64,000 bases of DNA from Truepera sp. GTDB taxonomy: Bacteria; Deinococcota; Deinococci; Deinococcales; Trueperaceae. The stretch spans positions 3,008,001 through 3,072,000 of the forward strand of contig CBDCKW010000009.1 of NCBI GenBank assembly GCA_965218435.1, in the 5' to 3' direction. The translations under genes and the position numbers were made by a program. Shown here in pieces: positions 1 to 9,165 of the stretch (the first letter of the stretch is position 1; every line of letters starts with the position of its first letter). The notes below the pieces were generated by a model. The model saw only the letters and a list, made by a program, of their open reading frames with translations. It searched no databases and was not told the origin of the DNA.

Positions 1-544
1 AAGTCAGCGGCGTTCTAAGTTCGTGGGAAATCGTCGCTAAAAATTCGCTTTTGACCCGGTTCGCCCGTTCCAGCTCACGGTTCTTACGTTCTAACTCGGC
101 TTGGTAGCGCCGGAGGGCGCTCTGCGTACTGCCCTGAACGCTGACGCCGCGCAGCGCCACGAGTTGGGGCACACTGTTGCCGTTGTCGCCTGACTCGAGG
201 GCGCGCGAGGCAAGTTCGGCGGCGACAGATTTACCGCCGCGCAGTGTCACCGTCACCTCTTGCAACCGCAAACCGGCTGCGCCACCTTGCACGCTTATTT
301 GTGTCTCACCTACTTGTGTTTCACCCGGCTCTGAGTCGTTTAGGGCGTCTATCTGAATAAAGTCAGCAAGCCGCCTACCGCTTAGCTCACCGGCTTCATA
401 ACCCAAGTAGTGCGCGAAAGCCTCGTTGACTCGGGTAATTACACCGGCTTCACAGATCGCGGTAGGCTCTAATGTCAGCGCCAGCAGTTGCAACTCAGAT
501 GACAACGCAGCTGCTGTACTCGGTTTTTTCACGCTGTTTACCAC
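1..544 (-). CDS. PAS-domain sensor histidine kinase, N-terminal part (runs off the window start)
   Basis: Not in the ORF track. Manual translation from GTG 544 gives a PAS-like segment (ITRVNEAFAHYLGYEAGELSGRRLADFI), a coiled coil and the HisKA H-box KSEFLATISHELRTPLT at the window edge. Confidence 0.88.
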   Translation of the reverse strand, partial: MVNSVKKPSTAAALSSELQLLALTLEPTAICEAGVITRVNEAFAHYLGYEAGELSGRRLADFIQIDALNDSEPGETQVGETQISVQGGAAGLRLQEVTVTLRGGKSVAAELASRALESGDNGNSVPQLVALRGVSVQGSTQSALRRYQAELERKNRELERANRVKSEFLATISHELRTPLT

Positions 545-861
545 GGCTCACAGCTTAAGAAGCTCGAGCTAACAGGTGCGCCAAGCTGGTGCGGATGAAC
601 CCGGTCCATGAGCTCAGTATAGGCGACCTCAGCCCCGCTACCTAGGTCAAATGACGTAGACCTTTTGGGACCTTTTGGCCGCTTGGTTTGTCGCCCAAAG
701 CAACGTAGCAAGCGGAAGCTGAACGTCCGTGCGGCAGCGTGAGGCTACGGTCTAATCTGGGCGTGCCGACAGGTAAAATACGGCTGGATAAAACCCTGAG
801 AAGAGCGCCTGTCAGATAACTTTTACCGGGGCGTGCTAGCATAAAATCCCGGAGAGGATGA

Positions 862-899
862 CTAGAAGTTATCTCAAAAGCCACTGAGATAGGCTCTAG
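862..899. repeat. CTAG-bounded inverted repeat, probable collapsed MITE related to 49640-49754
   Basis: ctagaagttatctca-aaagccac-tgagataggctctag; both arms match the ends of the element at 49640-49754. Confidence 0.6.
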
Positions 900-908
900 G
901 GTGACCTA

Positions 909-2573
909 ATGCAAACAAACTACATCTTCATCACGGGCGGGGTGGTGTCGTCGCTGGGCAAAGGGATTGCGAGCTCGAGCATCGGCGCACTTTTACGGGC
1001 CAGGGGCTACCGCGTGACCGCCGTAAAAATTGACCCTTACATCAACGTAGACGCCGGGACGATGCGCCCCTACGAACACGGTGAGGTCTTTGTCACGAGC
1101 GACGGGGCCGAGACCGACCTCGATTTAGGGACGTATGAACGCTTTTTAGACGTGCCGATGGGTCGCGCGAACAACGTCACCACCGGACAGGTCTACCTGA
1201 GTGTCATTGAAAAAGAGCGGCGCGGCGAATACCTGTCACAGACCGTGCAGGTCATCCCGCACGTGACTGACGAGATTAAAAGCCGTATTTACGAAGCTGG
1301 CAGAGCAGCCAACGCTGAAATCGTCTTGGTCGAGGTCGGCGGGACGGTCGGCGACATCGAGTCGCTCCCGTTTTTAGAGGCCATCCGGCAGCTCCGGTTT
1401 GAGGTCGGGTCCGAGAGGTGCGTCTACCTGCACGTCACCCTGCTCCCCTTTTTAGGCACCAGCGAAGAGTTTAAGACCAAACCGACGCAGCACTCGGTCG
1501 CCACCCTCCGCAGCGTGGGCGTCCAACCTGACGGCATCATCTTGCGTTCGACCAGCCCCGTACCCGACGAGGTGCGGACCAAAATCGCGCTGTTTACCAA
1601 CGTCGAGGCGAGAGACGTGTTTAACTCGTTTGATACCGAGTTTATCTACGCGGTCCCCGAGATTTTAGAGCAGCAGGGCATCGGGCGGTTTTTAGAGCGG
1701 CGGCTCGGGCTCGAGAAAGGTACCCCCGAACTGCGGGCGTGGCATGAAGCCGTCAGGATTTTGCGCGAACCCGAAAAGCACGTCTCTATCGGCGTCGTCG
1801 GCAAATACGTCGCCATGCCCGACGCTTATCTGAGTTTAATGGAAGCCCTGAAACACGCCGGAATCGCTAACCGTGCCCGTGTGGAGCTGCGCTGGATCAA
1901 CGCTGAAGAAGTCCTCAGCGACGACCTGAGCGCCCTCAGTGGCCTGGACGGGATTTTGGTTCCGGGCGGTTTCGGCGTTCGGGGCATCGAGGGCAAGGTG
2001 CGGGCCGCGACCTACGCCCGTAAAAACGGCGTGCCGTATTTGGGTATCTGTTTGGGAATGCAGGTGGCTGTCATTGAATACGCCCGCAACGTTGCGGGGC
2101 TCACGGCGGCCAATTCAACCGAATTTGACCCCTACACGCCCGAACCGGTGATTGACCTGATGCCTGAACAGCTGGGGCTCGCCGAGATGGGCGGGACGAT
2201 GCGCTTAGGTAACTGGCCGATGGAAGTTGCGCCGGGAACCAAACTTGCGGCGCTGTATGCGGGGCAGCTGGATAAAGCCGGGGTGGTGCTCGAGCGTCAC
2301 CGTCACCGGTTTGAGGTCAACCCGAAGTATGTCGCGCAGCTACAAGAGGCGGGGCTGAGCGTTTCCGGCGTCACCCCGGGGATGCAGGGGCGTGGGGCCG
2401 GGTTGGTCGAAGCGATTGAACTTTCTGAGCATCCGTTTTTTGTCGGCTTACAGTCGCACCCCGAGTTCGGCACCCGGCTCATGCGCGCCTCGCCGCCGTT
2501 TCGGGGGTTCATCGAGGCAGCCGTCACGTATCAAGAAGCGCGTCGAGATCAGGCTGTAGCTGAGAAAGCTTAG
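909..2573 (+). CDS. pyrG: CTP synthase
   Basis: YIFITGGVVSSLGKG, KIDPYINVDAGTM, KTKPTQHSV; glutaminase motifs GICLGMQ, ERHRHR, HPE. Confidence 0.99.
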   Translation: MQTNYIFITGGVVSSLGKGIASSSIGALLRARGYRVTAVKIDPYINVDAGTMRPYEHGEVFVTSDGAETDLDLGTYERFLDVPMGRANNVTTGQVYLSVIEKERRGEYLSQTVQVIPHVTDEIKSRIYEAGRAANAEIVLVEVGGTVGDIESLPFLEAIRQLRFEVGSERCVYLHVTLLPFLGTSEEFKTKPTQHSVATLRSVGVQPDGIILRSTSPVPDEVRTKIALFTNVEARDVFNSFDTEFIYAVPEILEQQGIGRFLERRLGLEKGTPELRAWHEAVRILREPEKHVSIGVVGKYVAMPDAYLSLMEALKHAGIANRARVELRWINAEEVLSDDLSALSGLDGILVPGGFGVRGIEGKVRAATYARKNGVPYLGICLGMQVAVIEYARNVAGLTAANSTEFDPYTPEPVIDLMPEQLGLAEMGGTMRLGNWPMEVAPGTKLAALYAGQLDKAGVVLERHRHRFEVNPKYVAQLQEAGLSVSGVTPGMQGRGAGLVEAIELSEHPFFVGLQSHPEFGTRLMRASPPFRGFIEAAVTYQEARRDQAVAEKA

Positions 2574-2574
2574 C

Positions 2575-3237
2575 GTGAACGTGCTCAACCACAAGTCAAC
2601 GTTGGTCATCGGGTTGGCAGGGGGGACGGGTTCGGGTAAAACGACCGTTTCAGAGGCCATTAGAGAGGCTGCCGGGGCGGGCGAAATCGTCGTGTTACCG
2701 CAAGACGCCTACTACCGCGCCCAGAGCAACGTCCCACCCGAGATTCGTAAAAAGACCAACTACGACGAACCGAGTGCGTTCGATACCGACCTGCTCGTCG
2801 CACACTTAGACGCCCTGTTACGGGGCGAGGCCGTAAAGCGCCCGGTCTACGACTTTACGGCGGACGACCGCGCGGCAGAAACCGTCCGGCTCGAGCCCAA
2901 ACCCGTGATCGTCGTCGAGGGCATCTTGGTGTTGCACGAACCCACGCTACGCGAACGTTTTGACCTCAGCGTATTTGTAGACGCGCCACCCGACGAGCGG
3001 TTTATCCGGAGACTCGAGCGCGACGTAAGCGAACGGGGCCGAAGTGCCGAGAGCGTCATCGAACAGTACCGCCGCAGCGTTAAACCGATGCACGACCTCT
3101 TCGTCGAACCGACCAAAGCACACGCAAACCTGATCGTGCCCGAAGGCGGCAACAACAAGATCGCCTTAGAGGTTTTGAGCACGTTCGTCTCGAGCTTTGT
3201 CGCGTCTGTTAAAAGTTCCACCACCTATGGGCGTTAA
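2575..3237 (+). CDS. udk: uridine kinase
   Basis: IGLAGGTGSGKTT P-loop, QDAYY, PVYDF, RFIRRLERDVSERGR, VKPMHDLFVEPTK. Confidence 0.96.
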   Translation: MNVLNHKSTLVIGLAGGTGSGKTTVSEAIREAAGAGEIVVLPQDAYYRAQSNVPPEIRKKTNYDEPSAFDTDLLVAHLDALLRGEAVKRPVYDFTADDRAAETVRLEPKPVIVVEGILVLHEPTLRERFDLSVFVDAPPDERFIRRLERDVSERGRSAESVIEQYRRSVKPMHDLFVEPTKAHANLIVPEGGNNKIALEVLSTFVSSFVASVKSSTTYGR

Positions 3238-5074
3238 GACCGTTCGGCTGATTTTGGGGGCTATCATCCTGCTGAGCCTGCTCCCCGGCGGACTGCTGGC
3301 GTGGCGGCGCATCCAAACTGAAGACAGCAGCGTCAGCGTCACCTTGCTGCTGGACGAACCCGCGCTGGCGCAGCAAGCCGCTTACGAAGGCGTCACGCCG
3401 TTTGCGCTGGCCACGCGCTATCAAAAGGCGGGGCTGAACGGAATCGCCGTCTATGAAGAGACGTTAGAGACGCTTGCCGAAAAGGGCAAGATTGCTTTGC
3501 TGGAGGGTACCGACGCTCGCGCCGAGGCCCTTTTACGGGGCGAACGGTTAGACCTCCCGCCGAACAGTTTGCTCGTTCGGGCGTTAGAACCCGGCGCACT
3601 TGCGGACGCGCTCACCAAAAACCGCCCGCGTCCGCAGACCATTCAGCTTGCCGGGGTACGCTGGGTCGTCTTTAGTGAACCCAGCGCCAAAGACCGCGCC
3701 GGGGCGCAGCGTCCGGCGGGGCCTGACCGGGCGAAGCTGGAGCGCTACCAAAAGGCAGGCTGGGACGTCGCCTACCGGCCTGTGAACTATCCGAATTTGG
3801 CAGACGTCGGCAGCGACTATCCGAACGTCAGATATCTGATCTACGAGGGGCTCGAGGTCGCCGGCAACCCCGACGAACTGAGCGAAGCCGTTAAGGTGTC
3901 GCAGAACTATCTCACCGGCCTTATCGAAGGCACCGACCAAGCCGGGATGAGAGCCATCAGCAGCAAGGTGCCGCTGGCAAGAGTATTTAGCATCTCGCAA
4001 GAGTGGCTCAATACGCTGCAGCCCCAAACCGTCGCCGACAAATATCTGCTGGCCGCGAGCGAACGCGGTGCGAGGTTACTCTATCTGCGGCCCTACACCG
4101 ATGAGACGGTCGGCGACATGAGGGCGAATACCGAAGCGTTGGTAAGGGCAGTAAGGACAGGCCTCGAGGCCGAAGGTTACCGCATCGGCCCGGTCAAGGC
4201 GCTGTCTTACCGCAGCTCTCCCCTACTCCGCGCTCTGGCAGGCGTCGGCATTTTGGCAGGGCTCGGGATTTTAGGAACGCTCTACCCCGGCACTTGGGGC
4301 GTGCTCGTCGCGTTCGGCGTGCTCGGCCTTGGACTGCTCGCAGGCGGGCTCAGTTGGGACGCGCTGGCGCTCACCGCCGCCCTGAGTTTTCCAGTTTTAG
4401 GGTACGCCCTGTTACCCAACCGCCTCTGGAGTTTGTTCGGCGCAGTCGCTCTAAGTCTCGTCGGGGCGACGCTTTTGGCGGCGGTCGGCAGCGAACGCAA
4501 TACGCTCTTAGCCGTTACGCCTTTTGCCGGGGTTGCCGCGACGCTCGTTGTGCCCCCGGCGCTCTTTCTCTTTTTTGTGATGCTCCGCGAACGTTCCCCG
4601 GCGGCGTGGGTCCGGGACTTTTGGGTACGGCCTGTTCGTCTGGGTGATGTGGCGCTGGTTTTGGTCGCGCTGGTAGGACTTGCCTTCGTCCTTTTGCGGC
4701 GCGGCAACTTTCCCATCATCGGCGCGAGCAACGCAGAGTTAGGGCTCCGGGCGCTCTTGTCGGACTACTTCGCGCGGCCCCGGTTCAAAGAACTGATCGG
4801 GCACCCGCTGGCAGTCGTGGCGCTCTTAAACCCACTTTGGCCTCGCTGGATACGCGGGCTGCTCTTAACGGTCGGGGTGGTAGCGCTCTCGAGCATCGTC
4901 AATTCGTTTAGTCACTACCACACGCCGCTCCTAATCTCGTTTGAACGCACCGTCGTCGCGCTCGTCTTAGGGCTTATGCTAGGCGTATTGCTCAATCTAG
5001 TGGTGCGGGTGGTCGTTCGGTTCGGTGCAAACTGGCTCGGCGCAGCCACTGACAATGGTTCAGGTACACCTTGA
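3227..5074 (+). CDS. DUF5693-family membrane protein (csaB-associated)
   Basis: N-terminal TM, large extracytoplasmic domain, ERGARLLYLRP, multi-TM C-terminus with RPRFKELIGHP and NSFSHYHTPL; start moved to ATG 3227 overlapping the udk end. Confidence 0.8.
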   Translation: MGVKTVRLILGAIILLSLLPGGLLAWRRIQTEDSSVSVTLLLDEPALAQQAAYEGVTPFALATRYQKAGLNGIAVYEETLETLAEKGKIALLEGTDARAEALLRGERLDLPPNSLLVRALEPGALADALTKNRPRPQTIQLAGVRWVVFSEPSAKDRAGAQRPAGPDRAKLERYQKAGWDVAYRPVNYPNLADVGSDYPNVRYLIYEGLEVAGNPDELSEAVKVSQNYLTGLIEGTDQAGMRAISSKVPLARVFSISQEWLNTLQPQTVADKYLLAASERGARLLYLRPYTDETVGDMRANTEALVRAVRTGLEAEGYRIGPVKALSYRSSPLLRALAGVGILAGLGILGTLYPGTWGVLVAFGVLGLGLLAGGLSWDALALTAALSFPVLGYALLPNRLWSLFGAVALSLVGATLLAAVGSERNTLLAVTPFAGVAATLVVPPALFLFFVMLRERSPAAWVRDFWVRPVRLGDVALVLVALVGLAFVLLRRGNFPIIGASNAELGLRALLSDYFARPRFKELIGHPLAVVALLNPLWPRWIRGLLLTVGVVALSSIVNSFSHYHTPLLISFERTVVALVLGLMLGVLLNLVVRVVVRFGANWLGAATDNGSGTP

Positions 5075-6045
5075 AGGTCTTGATAAGTGGCTACTACGGC
5101 TTCGGCAACCTGGGTGATGAGGCGCTGCTCGCGGGTATGTTAGGCGGGCTTACCGCGCAGCAGGTTACGGTGTTGTCGCAAAACCCTAAAGAGACTCGAG
5201 CCCTACACAACGTCGCCGCCACGCACCGCCTCACTGGGCTCTACGAACTTTTGCGGCACGACGCCCTCATCTCCGGCGGCGGCGGCTTGTTGCAAGACAA
5301 GACCAGCACGCGCAGTTTGCAGTATTACCTGGGCGTTATCACCCTCGCTAGACGCCTCGGCAAACGCGTCGTGGTCTACGGCCAATCGGTCGGCCCCTTA
5401 AGCGCGGCGGGAGAGCGGGCGGTCGCCAAGACCTTGTGGGGCTTACCCGTTGCAGTGCGGGACGAACCTTCCCAGGTCCTGCTAGACCGGCTCGGCGTTC
5501 CGGCTGCTTTGGTCGCCGACGCTGCCCTAATGCTGCCTAAACCTGAGGTGAAACCTCGAGCCCACGCCCCGGTACTCCTCATTCCGCGCGGCGGCTTCCC
5601 GGCGGTTACAGACGCATTTATCAAGCTCGCTCGGCGACTTTCTGACGAAGGTGTTCCGGTCGCGGGTTTGGCGCTCCAACCCAGTGAAGATGGTGAGGCA
5701 CTCGAGCACCTTACTAGGGCTGTCCCCTCACTCCGTAGGCTCGAAGCAACTACACCACAGGCCGCTCTAGCAAGGGTCGCCGAAAGCCGTTACACCGTCT
5801 CTGCACGGCTTCACGGACTCATCTTTGCAGCACGCACCGGATGCCCCTTGAGCGGCGTCGCCTACGACCCCAAGGTCGAGGCTTTTTTGACGGCGCTGGG
5901 CCGCCCCGCTCACCCGGTTATGCCCGACCCAGACGTACTCTACGGTGAGATACAGAAGCCCCAAGTTGACATTACAAAGGCAGAGGCGCTGACTATCAGG
6001 GCTGAGAACGGTTTGGGATGGCTGCGAACTCAACTCGGTTGTTGA
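5071..6045 (+). CDS. csaB: polysaccharide pyruvyl transferase CsaB
   Basis: ISGYYGFGNLGDEALL, ISGGGGLLQDKTSTRSLQYY, RLHGLIFA, YDPKV. Confidence 0.93.
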   Translation: MKVLISGYYGFGNLGDEALLAGMLGGLTAQQVTVLSQNPKETRALHNVAATHRLTGLYELLRHDALISGGGGLLQDKTSTRSLQYYLGVITLARRLGKRVVVYGQSVGPLSAAGERAVAKTLWGLPVAVRDEPSQVLLDRLGVPAALVADAALMLPKPEVKPRAHAPVLLIPRGGFPAVTDAFIKLARRLSDEGVPVAGLALQPSEDGEALEHLTRAVPSLRRLEATTPQAALARVAESRYTVSARLHGLIFAARTGCPLSGVAYDPKVEAFLTALGRPAHPVMPDPDVLYGEIQKPQVDITKAEALTIRAENGLGWLRTQLGC

Positions 6046-6095
6046 GACCGGCCCTTTGGGGCATGGCTCGAGTCCTACCAGGCTAAACTGTGAGG

Positions 6096-6878
6096 GTGAA
6101 GCGGTTTTCTCTCGTCGGCATAAAGCTGCTTGTGGGTTTATTTATGGGCCTAGGTGTCAGCTGGGCGCAAGCTGAACCGGCGGCACCTGCTGAACCGGCT
6201 GCACTCAGAGACCTCTTAAACGGCGGTTACTACGCGCTCGCCGCTCAGGTCGAGGGGCCGAGGGCCGTAAAAGGTGCGCCCCGGAGTTCTGAGGCGCACC
6301 TACTTTACGCGCACGCACTTTACTTGGTAGACAGCTTGGAGAACGCTCAAACCCAGCTGGAAAAGGCTAAAACGCTCGCCCAAACCCCGCAGCAGCGGCG
6401 CTCGGTCATCCATTTAGACGCCCTCGTCAGGGCCGCGCAGGGCGACGCCGCACGCGCCACAAAGCTTTTAGAAGGTGTGTTTGGGGCAGCGCCCAGCTAT
6501 CAGGTGGCGATGGATTGGGGTCAGGTAGCGTGGCAAGGGGGCAACTTGAAGGTGGCGCTCCGCGCTTACCGGGCCGCCGCCGCAACGCCTGAAGGTAAAA
6601 CCGAACCGTGGCCGACGCTTAACGTCGCACGGGTACTGTTGCAACAGGGCCGTTATCAAGCGGCGCTAGCTCCCCTCGAGACCACCCTCACCCGCCTCGA
6701 GCAAGACCCCGGCCCGCGACCTTCACCCGCCTACGCCGAAGCCTTTTACCGGCTCGGCCAAGCGCACGAAGCGTTGGGCAGTGTTCAAGAAGCCGTCTCA
6801 AACTACAGCGCCGCGCGTAGCGCCGACCCCGACTACACCCCAGCTACAGACGCGCTGGCACGGCTCAGCGCACCTTAA
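6096..6878 (+). CDS. secreted TPR-repeat protein
   Basis: Signal peptide (..VSWA|Q), Ala-rich TPR helices (AEAFYRLGQAHEALG...A...DP). Start set at GTG 6096, 6 nt after TAAACT; the ORF track starts at 6090. Confidence 0.8.
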   Translation: MKRFSLVGIKLLVGLFMGLGVSWAQAEPAAPAEPAALRDLLNGGYYALAAQVEGPRAVKGAPRSSEAHLLYAHALYLVDSLENAQTQLEKAKTLAQTPQQRRSVIHLDALVRAAQGDAARATKLLEGVFGAAPSYQVAMDWGQVAWQGGNLKVALRAYRAAAATPEGKTEPWPTLNVARVLLQQGRYQAALAPLETTLTRLEQDPGPRPSPAYAEAFYRLGQAHEALGSVQEAVSNYSAARSADPDYTPATDALARLSAP

Positions 6879-6881
6879 CGT

Positions 6882-6911
6882 TAGGTAGAGCATAAATAGG
6901 TAGAGCATAAA
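6882..6911. repeat. perfect 15-bp tandem direct repeat (taggtagagcataaa x2)
   Basis: Read directly, upstream of the Crp/Fnr gene. Confidence 0.85.
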
Positions 6912-7028
6912 AAAGAGCAGATTGTGGGGTTTACCACCCATCTAAACGCCATGTGTGCGTGATACTATACTTTACTGAGTAGCACCCGGCGTGGGGCAAG
7001 ATGGGTGCCAACAGAAGGAGGCCCCGAT

Positions 7029-7706
7029 ATGCTGAGCATCACCGAACACATCTCTGAAGGCGACTGCAACACTCCCGAAGTCGTTCCCAGCACCCTAGCG
7101 CACCCGACCCGGACGCTCGAGCCCAGCGCCATCTTGTACGAAGCAGGCCGTGAGGCGAGTTCACTATACATCGTTAACAGCGGCGTCTTAAAAGCCGTCG
7201 TCCCGACCTCTTTGGGCCGCGACCGTATCGCCGACTTACACGGCCCCGGCGACGTGCTGGGCCTCGCCGCGATTGACGGCGGTACCCACGCCGAAACGGT
7301 GCAGGCCGTTCACGACGCCTGCTTGACCCCGCTCGACCCGCAGCAAGCCCTTAACGACCGGCGTTTGCGCGACTACATCTTCCACAGTATGGCGCGGCAG
7401 CTCCGCCGTAGCCGCGAAGCTATTGACGACGCCGAACTCCCGGTCGGTGCCCGCGTGACCCGCACATTCTTGCGCCTCACCGAGCGTTTCGGGCAAGGAG
7501 CCGACAGCGGCGCAGGCGTCAAGTTACCGCTCGCCCTGACGCACGAAGATTTAGCGTCACTGACGGGTTCATCCCGTGTAACCATCACTCGGATTCTGGG
7601 CGAGTTACGGCAAGAAGGCGCATTGTCCGGGACACGCGGCGTTTATGTGGCGAATCCGAGAAACCTCGAGGCCGCCACCGACAACTACGTCATGCAGGTC
7701 ATCTAG
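7029..7706 (+). CDS. Crp/Fnr family transcriptional regulator
   Basis: cNMP-fold segment (LYIVNSGVLK...GPGDVLG) and HTH LTHEDLASLTGSSRVTITRILGEL; RBS AAGGAGG before ATG 7029. Confidence 0.92.
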   Translation: MLSITEHISEGDCNTPEVVPSTLAHPTRTLEPSAILYEAGREASSLYIVNSGVLKAVVPTSLGRDRIADLHGPGDVLGLAAIDGGTHAETVQAVHDACLTPLDPQQALNDRRLRDYIFHSMARQLRRSREAIDDAELPVGARVTRTFLRLTERFGQGADSGAGVKLPLALTHEDLASLTGSSRVTITRILGELRQEGALSGTRGVYVANPRNLEAATDNYVMQVI

Positions 7707-7722
7707 CAAGCGTAACGACACG

Positions 7723-7761
7723 AGAACGGGCAGCGGTTCAAGTCGCTGCCCGTTCTTTTTT
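7723..7761 (+). terminator. intrinsic terminator between convergent genes
   Basis: agaacgggcagcg-loop-cgctgcccgttct followed by a T-run. Confidence 0.85.
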
Positions 7762-7769
7762 GGTCTTTT

Positions 7770-8474
7770 CTATTTCAAAGCAAAGGTCACCTGTACAGAG
7801 ACTTCTACTGAAAGTTGACCGCTCGAGACCGGCACCGAGCCGCCCCCCGACATCATGCCTCCTTGTGCAAAAGCCGCGTCGTAGTTTCTAGCGTAAACGT
7901 CACCCGGTCGCTGAGTTTCGACAATGCGTTGCACCGCCCCAAGCTTAGCCTGACCGAGTGAGGCGAGTTGTCGGGCTTTTTTACGGGCACTCGTCATCGC
8001 TTGTTCACGGGCTCGGCGCTCGAGTTTCGTTCGAGTAGAAGCGGAAAAATCGTAAACCACATTAGAGATTTCGTTCGCGCCTACCTCGGCACTTTTAGCG
8101 AGCAGTTCACCGAGTTGCGCTGTATTGCGGACGGTCACACTGAGCGTACTAATCACCCGGTAACGCGTCGCCACAAGCTGGTTTTTCCGGTAGATCGGCT
8201 CAGGGTAGACGCTGAAGTTACTCGTACGAACGTCCTTTTCGGCGACACCTGCATCTTTAAGTGCTTGGGTTAGGCTCGAGGCCCTTTCGCTTACTTTAGC
8301 GGTGGCGACCTGAGCGTCAGCATTCAGGATATTTATCCCTGCGTCGAAACTCGCCTCGTCGGGTTCACCGTAGACGGTACCGGTCGCGCTCACCATGACA
8401 CTTTTAGGGACTTGAGCAAAGGTAACGGGCAGCAGTAACGTAAGACATACGAGTAAGAGTTTGGCTGGCTTCAT
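7770..8474 (-). CDS. SIMPL (DUF541/BP26-like) periplasmic protein
   Basis: Signal peptide, VSATGTVYGEPDEA, DVRTSNFSVYP, AREQAMTSARKKARQLA, VSVQVTF. Confidence 0.9.
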   Translation of the reverse strand: MKPAKLLLVCLTLLLPVTFAQVPKSVMVSATGTVYGEPDEASFDAGINILNADAQVATAKVSERASSLTQALKDAGVAEKDVRTSNFSVYPEPIYRKNQLVATRYRVISTLSVTVRNTAQLGELLAKSAEVGANEISNVVYDFSASTRTKLERRAREQAMTSARKKARQLASLGQAKLGAVQRIVETQRPGDVYARNYDAAFAQGGMMSGGGSVPVSSGQLSVEVSVQVTFALK

Positions 8475-8556
8475 AATGTCATCCTTTCGCCTCGAGCCTA
8501 CAAGCTACTAGGCTCGAGATGCTGAGAACTATGCTTAAAAGCCTTTAACAAGCGTT

Positions 8557-9096
8557 TTACTCCAGCTTTGCCTTTACCCGCGCGGCTTGCTGCAAATGCC
8601 TCAGCTCATGCACGGTTACAGCATTGAACGCAGTAAACGCGCTCAGCCGCAAAAACCTCGAGACCGGTGACGAGATAACGATGCGGCTCAGCTCGAGCCC
8701 GTCAGCGAGTTGGGTAAGCTCTAAAAGCTCGTCTTGGAGGCTTAAAAACCGCTCGACAACGCCCGCTTGCGGCTCAGGCAAAAATGTTTTGGGCGTTTTG
8801 AGTTTTAGGTTGGCGTCAGGCGTCAGCGGGCGGACAAACAGCTTACCCACAAAACCAAGCTGAAACGGCCCGCGTCCCTTTTTGTTTTCGGAGGCTTGGA
8901 GCGTAGGTCTCAGCCGAGCCGCGTATTCCTTCCCGGCGATATTAAGGTGCGCCAAACACTCACCGACCAACCAACCCCCGTCCGGCGGCGGTTGCCAGAG
9001 CTGTCCTTCGCTCAGGTCGGCCGTGAGGTGCGTAGCCTCGAGCTTTACGCGCCCCAGCTGCGCCCGCATTTCGTCTAGCTGCAAAGGCAGTTTCAT
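8557..9096 (-). CDS. DinB-family protein
   Basis: P..GGW.VGECLAHL and HELRHLQQA motifs. Confidence 0.87.
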   Translation of the reverse strand: MKLPLQLDEMRAQLGRVKLEATHLTADLSEGQLWQPPPDGGWLVGECLAHLNIAGKEYAARLRPTLQASENKKGRGPFQLGFVGKLFVRPLTPDANLKLKTPKTFLPEPQAGVVERFLSLQDELLELTQLADGLELSRIVISSPVSRFLRLSAFTAFNAVTVHELRHLQQAARVKAKLE

Positions 9097-9120
9097 ACCC
9101 CACTATAGAGAGTTGCAAAG

Positions 9121-9148
9121 AAAAAAAGGAGAGGTCACCCTCCCCTTT
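9121..9148 (-). terminator. intrinsic terminator after the aldehyde dehydrogenase
   Basis: Minus strand: aaaggggagg-gtga-cctctccttt followed by a T-run. Confidence 0.75.
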
Positions 9149-9165
9149 CCGGTCAGCTCAACCCT

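Noticed and set aside
642..884. 80-aa ORF between the kinase and pyrG
   Set aside because: No recognisable motif; starts inside the inverted repeat and spans the divergent promoter region
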